Position numbers and translations under genes: made by a program. From Candidatus Hermodarchaeota archaeon (GTDB lineage Archaea > Asgardarchaeota > Thorarchaeia > Thorarchaeales > Thorarchaeaceae), in assembly GCA_048885865.1 (NCBI GenBank), contig JBHLLF010000015.1, positions 12,271 through 76,270 on the forward strand: a stretch of DNA of 64,000 bases. The letters are read 5' to 3'. Shown here piece by piece: positions 38,750-48,939 of the stretch (its first letter is position 1; every line of letters begins with the position of its first letter). A model generated the notes under the pieces. It saw only the letters and a program-made list of their open reading frames with translations, was not told the origin of the DNA and made no database searches.

Positions 38750-39517
38750 TCAGCGTCGAGCCCAGACCACTAGATTTCTCGATCTGTCTGGCACAAGCTT
38801 ATTCTTCTGATAATCTGAAAAGAAGTCGAAATTCTCAAACCCAGCGGCGACGAGAGCGTTCTTCACTACATCCCTGGTGGTATGTAGGACTCGTTGCGCG
38901 GAGATTTCCGTTTCCCAGTCAAGTCCTTTCTTTACAAATGAAGTAGCAACTAGCGTCGACCAATGTTCGTCACTATGCTCATAGAATCTAGAGAACACTA
39001 CTTCCTCACCAGTAGATGTTTTTCCACCCTTTATCGGAAAGAACCTGAATCCTGAGTTCAGGATTTCCTCGAAGTTGAGAACTTGGAAAATGAATGAGCC
39101 AGACGGACTCAACACATTAAGGACTGCCTTTACGACATTCTGCAGAACTTCAAAACTAGGAAGCAGTGCTAGCGAGTTGCCAAGACAGAGAACAACATCA
39201 AATGACTCATTCACGACTGTCGAGAAGCTTTGCATGTCGGCGATATGAAACTCCACTTCCACATTAGCATTCATTGCATGATTCTTAGCTTCTGCAATCA
39301 TGCCTTCGCTGATGTCAAATGCAACGACCTGACAGCCAAGAGAAGCAAGTGCGACTGACTGCCGTCCACTTCCGCACGCCATGTCAAGCACTCTCCTTGC
39401 GTTGTATTCGCTTATCACTGATTGCAGAAATGGCAGCTCTCTGCTTAGTCTTGAATCCCAATTGATAGAATTGTCGTAGGCTAATGCCAAATCATCAAAG
39501 GACGTCATATCTGTCAA
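38750..39517 (-). CDS. Class I SAM methyltransferase (glycine/sarcosine N-methyltransferase-like)
   Basis: VLDMACGSG, FDVVLCLGNSL. Confidence 0.88.
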   Translation of the reverse strand: MTDMTSFDDLALAYDNSINWDSRLSRELPFLQSVISEYNARRVLDMACGSGRQSVALASLGCQVVAFDISEGMIAEAKNHAMNANVEVEFHIADMQSFSTVVNESFDVVLCLGNSLALLPSFEVLQNVVKAVLNVLSPSGSFIFQVLNFEEILNSGFRFFPIKGGKTSTGEEVVFSRFYEHSDEHWSTLVATSFVKKGLDWETEISAQRVLHTTRDVVKNALVAAGFENFDFFSDYQKNKLVPDRSRNLVVWARR

Positions 39518-40329
39518 CCTCGAGATTGGGAGGGATCAACTTCATCCTGCATGAAGAGCACGCGCCCCTCCATTCCTCCTGCTACATTGATTATCTGACC
39601 GCTCACATGACCAGATAGTCTGTCAGAAGCAAGATACAGAATGGTATTGGCTATGTCTTGAACTGCGGCGACCTTGCGCATCGGAATGGTCTGCAGGATT
39701 CGTCGAACCATGGCTTTGTCATTCATAGCGTCTTCAGCCATGGGTGTCACGGTCCATCCTGGATTTACCAAATTCACTCTTCCCTTGCGTGCGAGGTGGA
39801 CTATCTCATTCTTTAGACTAAGCATCAAACCCTGAAGACCAGCTTTTGATGTTGAATAATCGCAGTACCATGCTTCACCGAAATATCCAGCTGTCGATCC
39901 GATTAGTATGAGTGACGCATAGTCGCCAGGGTTAGATTCCAAGTTGGCCAAGAAATGCTTTGAGCAAAGAAAAACTCCGGTTAAATTAACAGCCAGTGTA
40001 TTCTCCCATTGCTCCAAGCTCATCTCATGGACGCCCACACCTACATGATTGGCAATGCCTGCATTTGCAACTAGGATATCTACTCTACCGAACGAGTCAT
40101 TAGCTCTTCGAAAGACCTGTTCAACATCAGATTCTTTGCGAACGTCGGCTTGTACAATGCATATCTTTTTGGACCATTTGTCAACAAGATCTGCCAATTT
40201 CGTGTCAGATGTCCGATAGGTCGCTGTTACAAGAGATCCTTCCTCTAGGAACGCTCTGGTTGTTTCAAGTCCAATGCCTCCTGACCCTCCGGTCACGACC
40301 ACATGTCGATTCTTCAGACCTGATTCCAT
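39514..40329 (-). CDS. SDR family oxidoreductase
   Basis: TGGSGGIG, ANAG, YSTSK, NPGWTVTPM. Confidence 0.92.
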   Translation of the reverse strand: MESGLKNRHVVVTGGSGGIGLETTRAFLEEGSLVTATYRTSDTKLADLVDKWSKKICIVQADVRKESDVEQVFRRANDSFGRVDILVANAGIANHVGVGVHEMSLEQWENTLAVNLTGVFLCSKHFLANLESNPGDYASLILIGSTAGYFGEAWYCDYSTSKAGLQGLMLSLKNEIVHLARKGRVNLVNPGWTVTPMAEDAMNDKAMVRRILQTIPMRKVAAVQDIANTILYLASDRLSGHVSGQIINVAGGMEGRVLFMQDEVDPSQSRG

Positions 40330-40502
40330 AGGAATATCCTCTCCATTGTTGGCCAATTTGACAGACAGCCTTCTCCCTTTCAAGGATTGTGACTTGAAGA
40401 AATGCACTCGAATTCAGTTCGAACAACCCCGAGGTAGTATTTCCATAAATTTCGAATGGAACTATTATATATCTATTTGAAAGAATCTACCTTGGTGATT
40501 AG

Positions 40503-41468
40503 ATGATCACAGTGCGCAGAACAATGATGTTTGCATTAGCTCTGACGGCCTTATTGGCATCTTTGCCTTTCGTTGCCGCACAGAGCACAGGAATTCAGTA
40601 TCAGCACGCCAATGGTGTTGTGACTCTCACTTCTGATGATATTGGAGTCAAAGTGAGCGCATTCAACAATGTGCCGCATTTCCAGTTCTGGGATGAGAGT
40701 GATGACACACCTGGGGCTGACTACCATGTCACCTTCAGCAAGCTGTTTGAGGCGAATGATACTAACAATAATGGTGCATATGATGCAGGAGTCGACCACC
40801 GTTATGGGGACCCCTACACTCTGCCGACTGATGACTGGGAGTTCAGCGGTTTTGCCACCGATGAGGAAGATGGTGTTGTGACTGGTGTTCACTTCAATTT
40901 CACTAATGAGGACACCTTTGTGCCTCCAACTCCAGTGGTATTGGCTGATATACCAACCTCTATGGATCTTGAGATTCAGATTCGAGTCCACATCAACCTG
41001 ACTAACTCTAATGAGATGAAGTTCGATATTAGGCTAGAAGGGTGGGAATGGGCATATGCAGACTCGATACTCGTGTTTCAGTTCTCAGTAGCTGAAAGTG
41101 AACATGGTCTCCAGGAAGGAACTGGAGAGCCAGCAGACTTTGAACAGGACACATCTGGCTACCGCTTCGAGTTCGGTGATGCCTATATGGAGTGTGCTGA
41201 GTTTGCCTTTGCAGACAACTCAACTACTGAACCTCATCAAGTTCAGATGAGAGCCACCCATGGTGAAGCTGAACAGGGATCTATTGGTAAGGCGGTATAC
41301 CTTGCGTTCGAGTACTTCGGAAACGAAACACTTGACTACGACCCTACTCTAGGGGTTCTCTCAGCTGATGGTCCTGCACCGCTAAGTACTGAGCAGCTCT
41401 TGCTCATAGGCGGTGGATCAGTTGCAGTTCTTGTCCTAGTTGCACTTGTCATAAAGACCAGAGGATGA
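40503..41468 (+). CDS. Membrane-anchored beta-rich surface protein, paralog B
   Basis: Colinear with 36752..37732 (VPHF, FEANDTN.NG, DWEFSGF, EIQIR.H, AFEYFG.E.L.YDP.LG). Confidence 0.78.
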   Translation: MITVRRTMMFALALTALLASLPFVAAQSTGIQYQHANGVVTLTSDDIGVKVSAFNNVPHFQFWDESDDTPGADYHVTFSKLFEANDTNNNGAYDAGVDHRYGDPYTLPTDDWEFSGFATDEEDGVVTGVHFNFTNEDTFVPPTPVVLADIPTSMDLEIQIRVHINLTNSNEMKFDIRLEGWEWAYADSILVFQFSVAESEHGLQEGTGEPADFEQDTSGYRFEFGDAYMECAEFAFADNSTTEPHQVQMRATHGEAEQGSIGKAVYLAFEYFGNETLDYDPTLGVLSADGPAPLSTEQLLLIGGGSVAVLVLVALVIKTRG

Positions 41469-41504
41469 GCCGGAACCCGAATCTCTCTTCGCGTCTATGT
41501 GGAT

Positions 41505-41536
41505 GGCCCCGCCCTCTGCGGGGCCTTTCTTTTTTT
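41505..41536 (+). terminator. Intrinsic-type terminator
   Basis: GGCCCCGC-cctct-GCGGGGCC followed by TTTCTTTTTTT. Confidence 0.75.
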
Positions 41537-41538
41537 CA

Positions 41539-41829
41539 TCATCTCATTGCCAGAATCAATGTAAGTTGAACGGCAACCATGGAATCAGGTCCGTGTATCC
41601 TGATTATCTCTTTAGCTGCCTCAAGATTGGGACCATAGAGACACTTCCGCATGTCTTGTAGGTCCGGAACACGTCTGAGCAAGCGGAGCTTAGTGAGACG
41701 CTTGATTGCTGAACTAACGGTTCTGGAAGGTAGTTTAGTCTTACTCGTGATTTCCTTAGGACTCATAGGACCGCCTTGAGCCAGACTCCGCAAGACAACC
41801 AGCGCGCTACCAGGGAGCTGAAAAGCCAC
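41539..41829 (-). CDS. MarR-like winged-helix regulator
   Basis: GPMSPKEI..LPSRTVS.AIKRL...RVPDLQDMR; paralog of 11182..11427. Confidence 0.8.
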   Translation of the reverse strand: MAFQLPGSALVVLRSLAQGGPMSPKEITSKTKLPSRTVSSAIKRLTKLRLLRRVPDLQDMRKCLYGPNLEAAKEIIRIHGPDSMVAVQLTLILAMR

Positions 41830-43307
41830 TATCCAGACCTCCTTCGATACAACACAACAATGACTGCAATCACAACGACCAATCCAGAAGCAATCACCAA
41901 TTGCATTGTGGTATCCTCACGAGAAACAGATTCCAAGGCATCAGCTGCTGCAACCCATGCGTCTGCTATCTCTATAAGATGGTCACGAATGTCCTCAAGA
42001 TCTTGCTCGTAGTATTCAATAGCACTCTCAAGGTCTTCAGTTTCGTAGTAGAGGTCTGCAATATTGGTGAGTGCTTGAGTCAGAATTGTACCATTCACAG
42101 TATAGTATGGATCAATCAAGCTCGCATTGTCACTCAGCATCGCCAAGTGTGAAACTGCTGGACTGGCGGATTCCAAAAAGGGCTCTAAATCCAAGCCTGC
42201 CAAGATGCCTGGCAATGTCTTGAGACTCTCACGATAGGACAGATATTGCAGAGTAATGCCCATTTCCATCTGTAATCCTGTAATAATCAATGTGTAGTAG
42301 CGATCATCTTTGTCGGAGCTCACATCATCTAGATAGGCGATTATTGTTTCCTTTGTAAGGTCATAGCTGAGACCTCTAAAGGCATCTGCTCCGAAGTTGG
42401 CGTAGAAGACATTCTCTAGACCCTCGCCATATGATGAACGCACACCTCTCAGCCTCTCACAGATATATGAAACAAGACTAGATTCAAAATCATCTGGAGG
42501 ACCACTACCGGCCTTAACTACCACAGACCCATAGCCCATGTCTTTCATTGCATTTTGTAATGTGCTATAATTGACTGAGTATAACCATCGACCATCATCA
42601 GGAAATCCAAAGTTCTCACCGATAGCTCCAACTCCCGGATCCATGATTGTGACCTCACTTGCAGTGTCATTGTATCCAATACAGAGAACTGTATGTCCTG
42701 AGCCTGTATCTGCTGATTGTATTCCCATGGTTCTCGCAAAATCATAGTCAGAAGGGGGAAGGTAATATGGATCGGTCCAAATAGCCAAGGGATGCCCATC
42801 ATCAACAGTGGTTCGTATCAAGTCTAGAGTGTCAGTCCAGCCATCGATGTCAGTGTATTTCAATCCCCAAGCTGCCATTGCCGGACCATATACTATGCCA
42901 ATTCCTATATCATCGTCCATGTAGATGTCGATGTCTAAACCGTAAAGATTAGCTATTGTAGGCAAAGGTTCCATCTGTCGAAGCATAGCACCTGGTAGAA
43001 ACACTGTCAAATCTTCATAGCGGATGTAACCCGCTGAGAAGCCGATCCCGGAAGCTGCGAAGAGACTGTGAAGATCCAATGGTGCTCCTGCATGCTGTAG
43101 TGCCATTGAGAGTGCGGACCACTGACAAAAGCCATTGATCTCCTGCCATTGATACGGAACTCCCGATATGTGACCATACCCATCACTTGCAGGGGTATAG
43201 CCAGGGCTAGGGATAGCTAGCCCCGGCTCGGAGATAGAAGAAGGAAGCTGCATTACTGTTACGCAGATTGCTGCAACAATCATTATTGCGACACGAATCT
43301 TATTCAA
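41829..43307 (-). CDS. Cell-surface papain-like (C39/BtrH-like) cysteine peptidase with C-terminal anchor
   Basis: VPYQWQE.NGFC..SALSM (Cys), GHTVL.IGY (His), IMDPG (Asp); signal peptide; TM+RRR tail. Confidence 0.7.
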   Translation of the reverse strand: MNKIRVAIMIVAAICVTVMQLPSSISEPGLAIPSPGYTPASDGYGHISGVPYQWQEINGFCQWSALSMALQHAGAPLDLHSLFAASGIGFSAGYIRYEDLTVFLPGAMLRQMEPLPTIANLYGLDIDIYMDDDIGIGIVYGPAMAAWGLKYTDIDGWTDTLDLIRTTVDDGHPLAIWTDPYYLPPSDYDFARTMGIQSADTGSGHTVLCIGYNDTASEVTIMDPGVGAIGENFGFPDDGRWLYSVNYSTLQNAMKDMGYGSVVVKAGSGPPDDFESSLVSYICERLRGVRSSYGEGLENVFYANFGADAFRGLSYDLTKETIIAYLDDVSSDKDDRYYTLIITGLQMEMGITLQYLSYRESLKTLPGILAGLDLEPFLESASPAVSHLAMLSDNASLIDPYYTVNGTILTQALTNIADLYYETEDLESAIEYYEQDLEDIRDHLIEIADAWVAAADALESVSREDTTMQLVIASGLVVVIAVIVVLYRRRSG

Positions 43308-43327
43308 CCTGAAACTACCCCCTCTCG

Positions 43328-43355
43328 GTAGAGGCTAGTACTGAATAGCCTCTAC
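43328..43355. promoter_or_regulatory. 10-bp-arm inverted repeat upstream of peptidase gene
   Basis: GTAGAGGCTA-gtactgaa-TAGCCTCTAC. Confidence 0.5.
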
Positions 43356-43437
43356 TGTATTTCCATCGAAACACCCGAGTCAGAGTGGTCTCACGCTTTG
43401 CTTTTTCAGTTCGATATCTCCTCCTCCCCACCTATAT

Positions 43438-44208
43438 TCACCTCCAAGCTAACAGCTTGCTCTTGTCGATTTGCCCTCCAACAATCTTGAGATATGCATC
43501 CTCAAGGTCCCTAGTTCCTGTGGAAGCCACAATCTCCTCAGGTGAACCAACAGTCACCAAAAATCCATCGTTGATTATACCAACAATATCGCAGGCATCC
43601 TCCGCGAATGAGGTCTGGTGTGTGCAGATGAAGAACGTGGTGTCGGTTTCTTCAGCAAGCACATGGATGAGGTCCTTGACGAGGGCTCCCGCACTTGGAT
43701 CTAGCCTGGATGTGGGTTCATCTAGGAAGACAAGCCTTGGTTCGTGAAGAATAGTGGAGGCGACGAGGACCTTCTGTTTCATTCCACTTGAGTAGGTGTC
43801 AAGGAGATCATCCTGACGCCCTTCAAGCCCTAGCATGTTCAGCAGACTGTCAATTCGCCTCCGGAGAGACTTGCCCTCCAGGTTGTTCAATGCCCCTATG
43901 AACTCGAGGAACTCGATGGCAGAGAGCTTTGAATAGAGACCAGGGGTTTCGGGCAGGAGACCAGTCATAGACTTGATCTCTCCTGCCTTCTCGACGATGT
44001 CCATCCCTAGTACTTTTGCAGTGCCGCTCGTGGGTTTCATAAGTCCCGAGAGCATGCGTACCGTAGTTGTCTTTCCTGCACCGTTTGGCCCTAGGAAGCC
44101 GAATCGACCTCCCGAGGCGACTTCCAGGTCGAGGTTTCTGACAGCTTGGATTGGACCAAAGGTCTTGTTTAGTCCTAGGGTTTTGATGGATATGCCGTTG
44201 TTGCCCAT
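43438..44208 (-). CDS. ABC exporter ATP-binding subunit
   Basis: GPNGAGKTT, YSSGMKQK, FLDEPT. Confidence 0.93.
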   Translation of the reverse strand: MGNNGISIKTLGLNKTFGPIQAVRNLDLEVASGGRFGFLGPNGAGKTTTVRMLSGLMKPTSGTAKVLGMDIVEKAGEIKSMTGLLPETPGLYSKLSAIEFLEFIGALNNLEGKSLRRRIDSLLNMLGLEGRQDDLLDTYSSGMKQKVLVASTILHEPRLVFLDEPTSRLDPSAGALVKDLIHVLAEETDTTFFICTHQTSFAEDACDIVGIINDGFLVTVGSPEEIVASTGTRDLEDAYLKIVGGQIDKSKLLAWR

Positions 44209-44213
44209 CGAAT

Positions 44214-45905
44214 CTACACCTCCACCTTTCCTAGGCTCCTGGTACCAAGAACCAACATCAGACCGCCCACAAGCAGTAGCGCAGTAGGTCCAAGCAGTAT
44301 CTCCACAATATAGAAACCATTGATACCAAAGATACTCTCCATGAATCCAAAGAGGCTGAAGCCGAGTCCTATGTCGAGGAAAATCGCTGCAAAGAGGGGT
44401 CCAATCAGCGTAAACTGCGTCAGCATCATCGATGTAATTAGCACCGTCTGATGTGCAGAAGACTTGGTGTCCTCATAGTTCGGGTTCTGAGCGGTTACAC
44501 CCATAGCAACCATTACAGCACCACAGACCACAACAAATGCAGTGATGAAGATCTGGATTGTCGTTAGGACAGGTAGACTGAATATAATAGCCATCGCCAG
44601 GCTTGGTGCCAGACTTAGGGGCACAGCCATTAGGAAACCTGTCGCAATGCGCGCTCTCATGAAGCGTGAGGCTCCCTTTGGTGCACTGCGAATTATCCAT
44701 AGTTGGTCTTTCGATTCTAGGAATCCTGTACCAGCAAATGGAAACACCCCGACTATCCCAATCATGATGCTGACCATGGGCAATATCTCTGCGGCTTCAA
44801 ACACCTCTCCCTCCATGATTGTCATCTGTTGGATTAGGATTGGCATGATTATTGACAATACGACTCCATAGAATATCTTAGAGAGATTCTGCGCCTTTCT
44901 ACCAAAGTCCTTTAAGCTGACGGCAGTGAGTGCGCCAAAAGGACCCTTTGCTACACTTCGGACACCTCGAATGAAGATGTTCTCGCGGCCAACAGTAGTC
45001 ACTGTTTCAGTCCGTGCTCCTGCGCTTATCGTGAAAATCCTGTCAGCTGCCACTATTGCTATGGGTACGAATGCCAAACCAAAGGCAGACATTAGCACTG
45101 CACTTGTCAGCATGTCTAGTTGGAGGATGGCACCGAATGCAAGAATCTGAGATCCAGTCAGACCGATTCCGTTGTATGTGATGGCGACCCAACTAACCAA
45201 GTCAGCAGGCCAAGTGAAGGGCATGACTAGGAATGCGTTCATTCCAAGGATATCTGACAGCTGTGGCATGAAGAACATCAGACCATACATAGGTATGATG
45301 ACTATGAGTGCAATCACAAAAGAGAGTGCCTTTGCGATATCGTTGCCACGTGACGAGTCCCCAAGCCTTGCCTGAACTACTGCTGTAATGAAGTTCGCTA
45401 ACCAAATGGTCGATATGACCATTAAAGCGATTACAGTGTAGACCAATGCCTGACCCACGATTGAAACCTCAAAGGCAAGCATGAAGGGGGAAATCAGTAA
45501 TGGGGCAAAGACCATTACAATCAATCCATACAAGGGCATTTTGCCGACAAATGTCCCGGTCAGAATGTCCCTTGTCCTAACATTGTTAGACAGAAAGATC
45601 TCCCATTGTCCAATCTTGATCTCTTGCAGAGAGTATGAGAGGGGGTACAGTAGTAGGAGTGCCCATAGGAAGAGCATCACTGTCCGCATGAGTCCAGGAA
45701 ACATCACCATCAATAGTGTACGAATAGTTTCCAGCGGAATGATTAACTGGATGAATCCATTCACAAGCATCGGAGCCAAGTACACAGCCCATATTGCCGC
45801 CAGTGCAAACATCAGACCGACTACCGCTTTTCTGTGCTTCCGCATGCCTGCTGTCAGTACGAAGAACTCAGCCTTTGCGATATGATACCACTTGCGTGTC
45901 ATCAC
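44214..45905 (-). CDS. ABC exporter permease (large multi-TM)
   Basis: About 14 hydrophobic segments; ESKDQLWIIRSAP; flanked by two ATPase genes. Confidence 0.8.
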   Translation of the reverse strand: MMTRKWYHIAKAEFFVLTAGMRKHRKAVVGLMFALAAIWAVYLAPMLVNGFIQLIIPLETIRTLLMVMFPGLMRTVMLFLWALLLLYPLSYSLQEIKIGQWEIFLSNNVRTRDILTGTFVGKMPLYGLIVMVFAPLLISPFMLAFEVSIVGQALVYTVIALMVISTIWLANFITAVVQARLGDSSRGNDIAKALSFVIALIVIIPMYGLMFFMPQLSDILGMNAFLVMPFTWPADLVSWVAITYNGIGLTGSQILAFGAILQLDMLTSAVLMSAFGLAFVPIAIVAADRIFTISAGARTETVTTVGRENIFIRGVRSVAKGPFGALTAVSLKDFGRKAQNLSKIFYGVVLSIIMPILIQQMTIMEGEVFEAAEILPMVSIMIGIVGVFPFAGTGFLESKDQLWIIRSAPKGASRFMRARIATGFLMAVPLSLAPSLAMAIIFSLPVLTTIQIFITAFVVVCGAVMVAMGVTAQNPNYEDTKSSAHQTVLITSMMLTQFTLIGPLFAAIFLDIGLGFSLFGFMESIFGINGFYIVEILLGPTALLLVGGLMLVLGTRSLGKVEV

Positions 45906-45906
45906 T

Positions 45907-46686
45907 TCACCTCCAGGCTAGGAGCGCATCGCGGTCGATCTTGCCGCCGACTATGTCTAGGTACGCGGCTTCCAGATTCCGCGCATGTGACGCCTCAATG
46001 ATGTCTTGAGGTGCACCCTGTGTGACAATCGCACCCTCGTTGAGGATCGCAATGACATCACAGACGTCTTCCGCAAAGCTCGTCATGTGAGTGCAGATGA
46101 AGAACGTTGTATCTGTTTCCTCAGAGAGGACTAAGATCATGTCCTTGACTATGGCACTTGCACTGGGATCAAGCCGTGAAGTTGGTTCGTCAAGAAAGAC
46201 GACCTTGGGCTCGTGTAGAAGTGTCGAGGCGACAAGGACCTTCTGCTTCATGCCTGATGAGTAAGACTCCAGCAAGTCGTCCTGTCTGCCCTCAAGTCCC
46301 AGTATGCCAAGTAGGCTGTCAATACGTCTGTGCACACCATCACCATTCCTACCATTGAGTGCTCCAATAAACTCTAGGAACTCAACAGCAGACAGCTTTG
46401 AGTAAAGACCGGGGGTCTCTGGGAGTAGGCCTGTTATTGCCTTGATAGCGTCGCGATCTTTGCTAACATCCATGCCGCATACTTCGGCATATCCGCTAGT
46501 CTGTTTTAATAGACCTGAAAGTATACGGACTGTGGTTGTCTTCCCAGCTCCGTTAGGACCAAGGAAGCCAAACCTGTTGCCCGACATCACCTGCAGGTCT
46601 AGGTCACGTACGGCTCGAACAGAGTCGAAAGACTTGTTCAGCCGCTCGGTTCGAATTGTTATTCCGTTTCTAGCCAACTTGCTCAC
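45907..46686 (-). CDS. ABC exporter ATP-binding subunit, close paralog of 43438..44208
   Basis: Same Walker and signature motifs; both end in LLAWR. Confidence 0.93.
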   Translation of the reverse strand: MSKLARNGITIRTERLNKSFDSVRAVRDLDLQVMSGNRFGFLGPNGAGKTTTVRILSGLLKQTSGYAEVCGMDVSKDRDAIKAITGLLPETPGLYSKLSAVEFLEFIGALNGRNGDGVHRRIDSLLGILGLEGRQDDLLESYSSGMKQKVLVASTLLHEPKVVFLDEPTSRLDPSASAIVKDMILVLSEETDTTFFICTHMTSFAEDVCDVIAILNEGAIVTQGAPQDIIEASHARNLEAAYLDIVGGKIDRDALLAWR

Positions 46687-46827
46687 CGAAATTGTCTTGC
46701 AGTAAATGTTTACCGCAATCTATGTAAACAATCACCACATTTAAATATAAACTTTCCCAAGTACGTAGTGAAGAATTACCCGAAAGCTTTATAGCTGGGT
46801 AATGACGAAAACAGTGAGGATAAGAAG

Positions 46828-47400
46828 ATGCTACTCTCAGTTCACGAAGCAACGGTCTGGTGGGAATTCCAGCAGGGAAAGACCACTGGTGAAATTGCGA
46901 GTGACTATGAGGGCCACGTAGTAGCTCCTCCATATGTCCATGCCCTTTTCGAGCAGTCTGACAAGAGATCTGAGAGAGAAGGCATTGAGGATGTACAACT
47001 TAAGGATACACAGTATGTTTCTAGAGTTCTTAACAGAGCTCGTTCCAAGATTGAAAAAGCTCTCAGAGACCAGGCGAAAAGTCATCGGCTTGATATTGAA
47101 ACTGTTCAAGACTACAAGGGGCTACTAAGAGGATTCGATTACCAGGCAAACACAGAGGTGTATATCATCTATACGATGAAGCTTGGCGTTGTGGTCTGGT
47201 ATAAGCACGACTCCTATGCTGGCAAGCTCTGTCCAGATTGTCCAAAGAAGGAAGAATGCCGTGAAACCCTTGATGCCATTATGACTGAATACAACATTAC
47301 GCTCCGACCAGACGAGGAACAGCTCTACATGACTGAACAATCAATTGCCATCTTCAATAAACTCGCTGCCAAAGAAGTACCGAGGTATAAGAGAGGATAA
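46828..47400 (+). CDS. Putative HTH regulator with C-terminal metal site
   Basis: GKTTGEIA...QYVSRVLNRARSKI (split HTH); WYKH...CPDC....C. Confidence 0.6.
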   Translation: MLLSVHEATVWWEFQQGKTTGEIASDYEGHVVAPPYVHALFEQSDKRSEREGIEDVQLKDTQYVSRVLNRARSKIEKALRDQAKSHRLDIETVQDYKGLLRGFDYQANTEVYIIYTMKLGVVVWYKHDSYAGKLCPDCPKKEECRETLDAIMTEYNITLRPDEEQLYMTEQSIAIFNKLAAKEVPRYKRG

Positions 47401-47416
47401 TGGAGAGTAGTGAAAG

Positions 47417-48169
47417 ATGGGTCGGGATTATGAAGGGAAATTAATCAGGCCACCAATGGAAACAGTGGCTTATGGGAAAGTGTTCAAGCCCGCAACTGCA
47501 TTGAGGAACAAGTACTGGTTCATTACGATAGTGACCTTAGTGACGATGTATGCAATAACCGCAGGCACGTTTCTTGGACTCTTCTACTTGTTATTCATGT
47601 TCGACAGCGACCTCTTTCAGTTCTCAGCTTGGCTCGACGCGGTGTGGACGCCGATCAACTTCTGGTTCTGGACTATCTCCCTCATCATAGTTGTCCCGGT
47701 GTTCGTACTGATTCCAATCTATCTGAATCGGTTTGAATATTCGGTGAGAGGCGAGTCAGGGAAGTCACTGCCTGAGATATACGTCAAGAAAGGACTCATC
47801 GATGTCACGGAGAAACATGTGCCGCTTAGAACCATCACAAATATAGCGAGCAAGACTGGTCCCTTCGACCGGCTGTTTGGTATAGGCAATGTTGAGATTC
47901 ATACTGCCGGATATTCTGGCGGGCCGTATGAAGGAGGAAAGCCGGAAGAGAAGATAGAGGGCATAGTGTTCTATCAGGAGCTGCGGGACTTCATTCTGAG
48001 TGAGATGAGGAGCCTAAAAGGCACTTATGCAACGACAACCGAGGTGCTTACAGAGCAGGACAGTACAATTCGAGTGGGTTCGGTTGAGGAAGCAACACTA
48101 GCCACACTGCAAGACCTTCGCCATATACTACGTCGAATAGAAGACAAACTTGACAGGAGTGGAGTATGA
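47417..48169 (+). CDS. 2-TM bacterial PH-domain (bPH_2/YdbS-like) protein, copy 1
   Basis: YVKKGLI.VTEKHVP.RTITNI...GPFDRLFGIG.VEI.TAG. Confidence 0.85.
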   Translation: MGRDYEGKLIRPPMETVAYGKVFKPATALRNKYWFITIVTLVTMYAITAGTFLGLFYLLFMFDSDLFQFSAWLDAVWTPINFWFWTISLIIVVPVFVLIPIYLNRFEYSVRGESGKSLPEIYVKKGLIDVTEKHVPLRTITNIASKTGPFDRLFGIGNVEIHTAGYSGGPYEGGKPEEKIEGIVFYQELRDFILSEMRSLKGTYATTTEVLTEQDSTIRVGSVEEATLATLQDLRHILRRIEDKLDRSGV

Positions 48170-48170
48170 C

Positions 48171-48938
48171 ATGAGCGGTTATTATGACGAGAGAGTGATC
48201 AAGCCTCCTATGGAGAGGATAGCCAGTGGGAAGATCTTCAAGCCAGCCAGGTCCTTAATCTTCAAGGGTTGGTTACAAGCTATCATGTTCTTTGCATTCT
48301 GGTGGATTGTCGGAATGACAGCTTGGACTGGCCTGTCATTCATAATCTTGGTATTCGATAGAGGGCTGACCCCGCTTCAACATGCTCAGTATATGGGAAC
48401 GTGGTGGTGGATTGTAAACTTATGGTTCTGGGGAGTAGTTTGCATCATTCTAGGTATCGCTTTCGCGGTTTGGGCTGCATATGTTCTGAAAATCGAGTAT
48501 TCGATTTTGGCTGAGTCAGGAAGAGCAATGCCAGAGATCTATGTGAAGAAAGGCATTCTCACAGTGACTGAGAAGCATGTGCCCTTCAGAACAATAACTT
48601 CCATCTTCTCGAAGAAAGGTGTGTTCGACAGGTTGTTTGGGATTGGGAGTGTTGAGATTCAGACTGCCGGGATGACAGGAGGCCCATCCCCTGGCGGGTT
48701 CCAACCAAGGCCAGAGGAGAAACTCGAGGGGCTGCCATACTTCAATGAACTCCGCGACTTCATTCTAAGAGAGCTTCGGAGATTCACAGGTCAATATGTC
48801 ACAGGAACTGAAGTCGTTGTTCCTGAACAAGACAGGGCATTTGCAGACCTTGGACAAGGAGAAATACTGCGAACACTTCAGGACGTGCGGGACATTCTCA
48901 GGAGGATGGATGAAAAGCTTGACAGGAGGGATATATGA
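48171..48938 (+). CDS. bPH_2 membrane protein, copy 2
   Basis: Same motifs; ATG 48171 just after upstream TGA with GGAG site. Confidence 0.85.
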   Translation: MSGYYDERVIKPPMERIASGKIFKPARSLIFKGWLQAIMFFAFWWIVGMTAWTGLSFIILVFDRGLTPLQHAQYMGTWWWIVNLWFWGVVCIILGIAFAVWAAYVLKIEYSILAESGRAMPEIYVKKGILTVTEKHVPFRTITSIFSKKGVFDRLFGIGSVEIQTAGMTGGPSPGGFQPRPEEKLEGLPYFNELRDFILRELRRFTGQYVTGTEVVVPEQDRAFADLGQGEILRTLQDVRDILRRMDEKLDRRDI

Positions 48939-48939
48939 G

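Noticed and set aside
43438-46686. Duplicated ABC ATPases as an assembly artefact
   Set aside because: The copies differ at many amino-acid and synonymous positions, so they are true paralogs.
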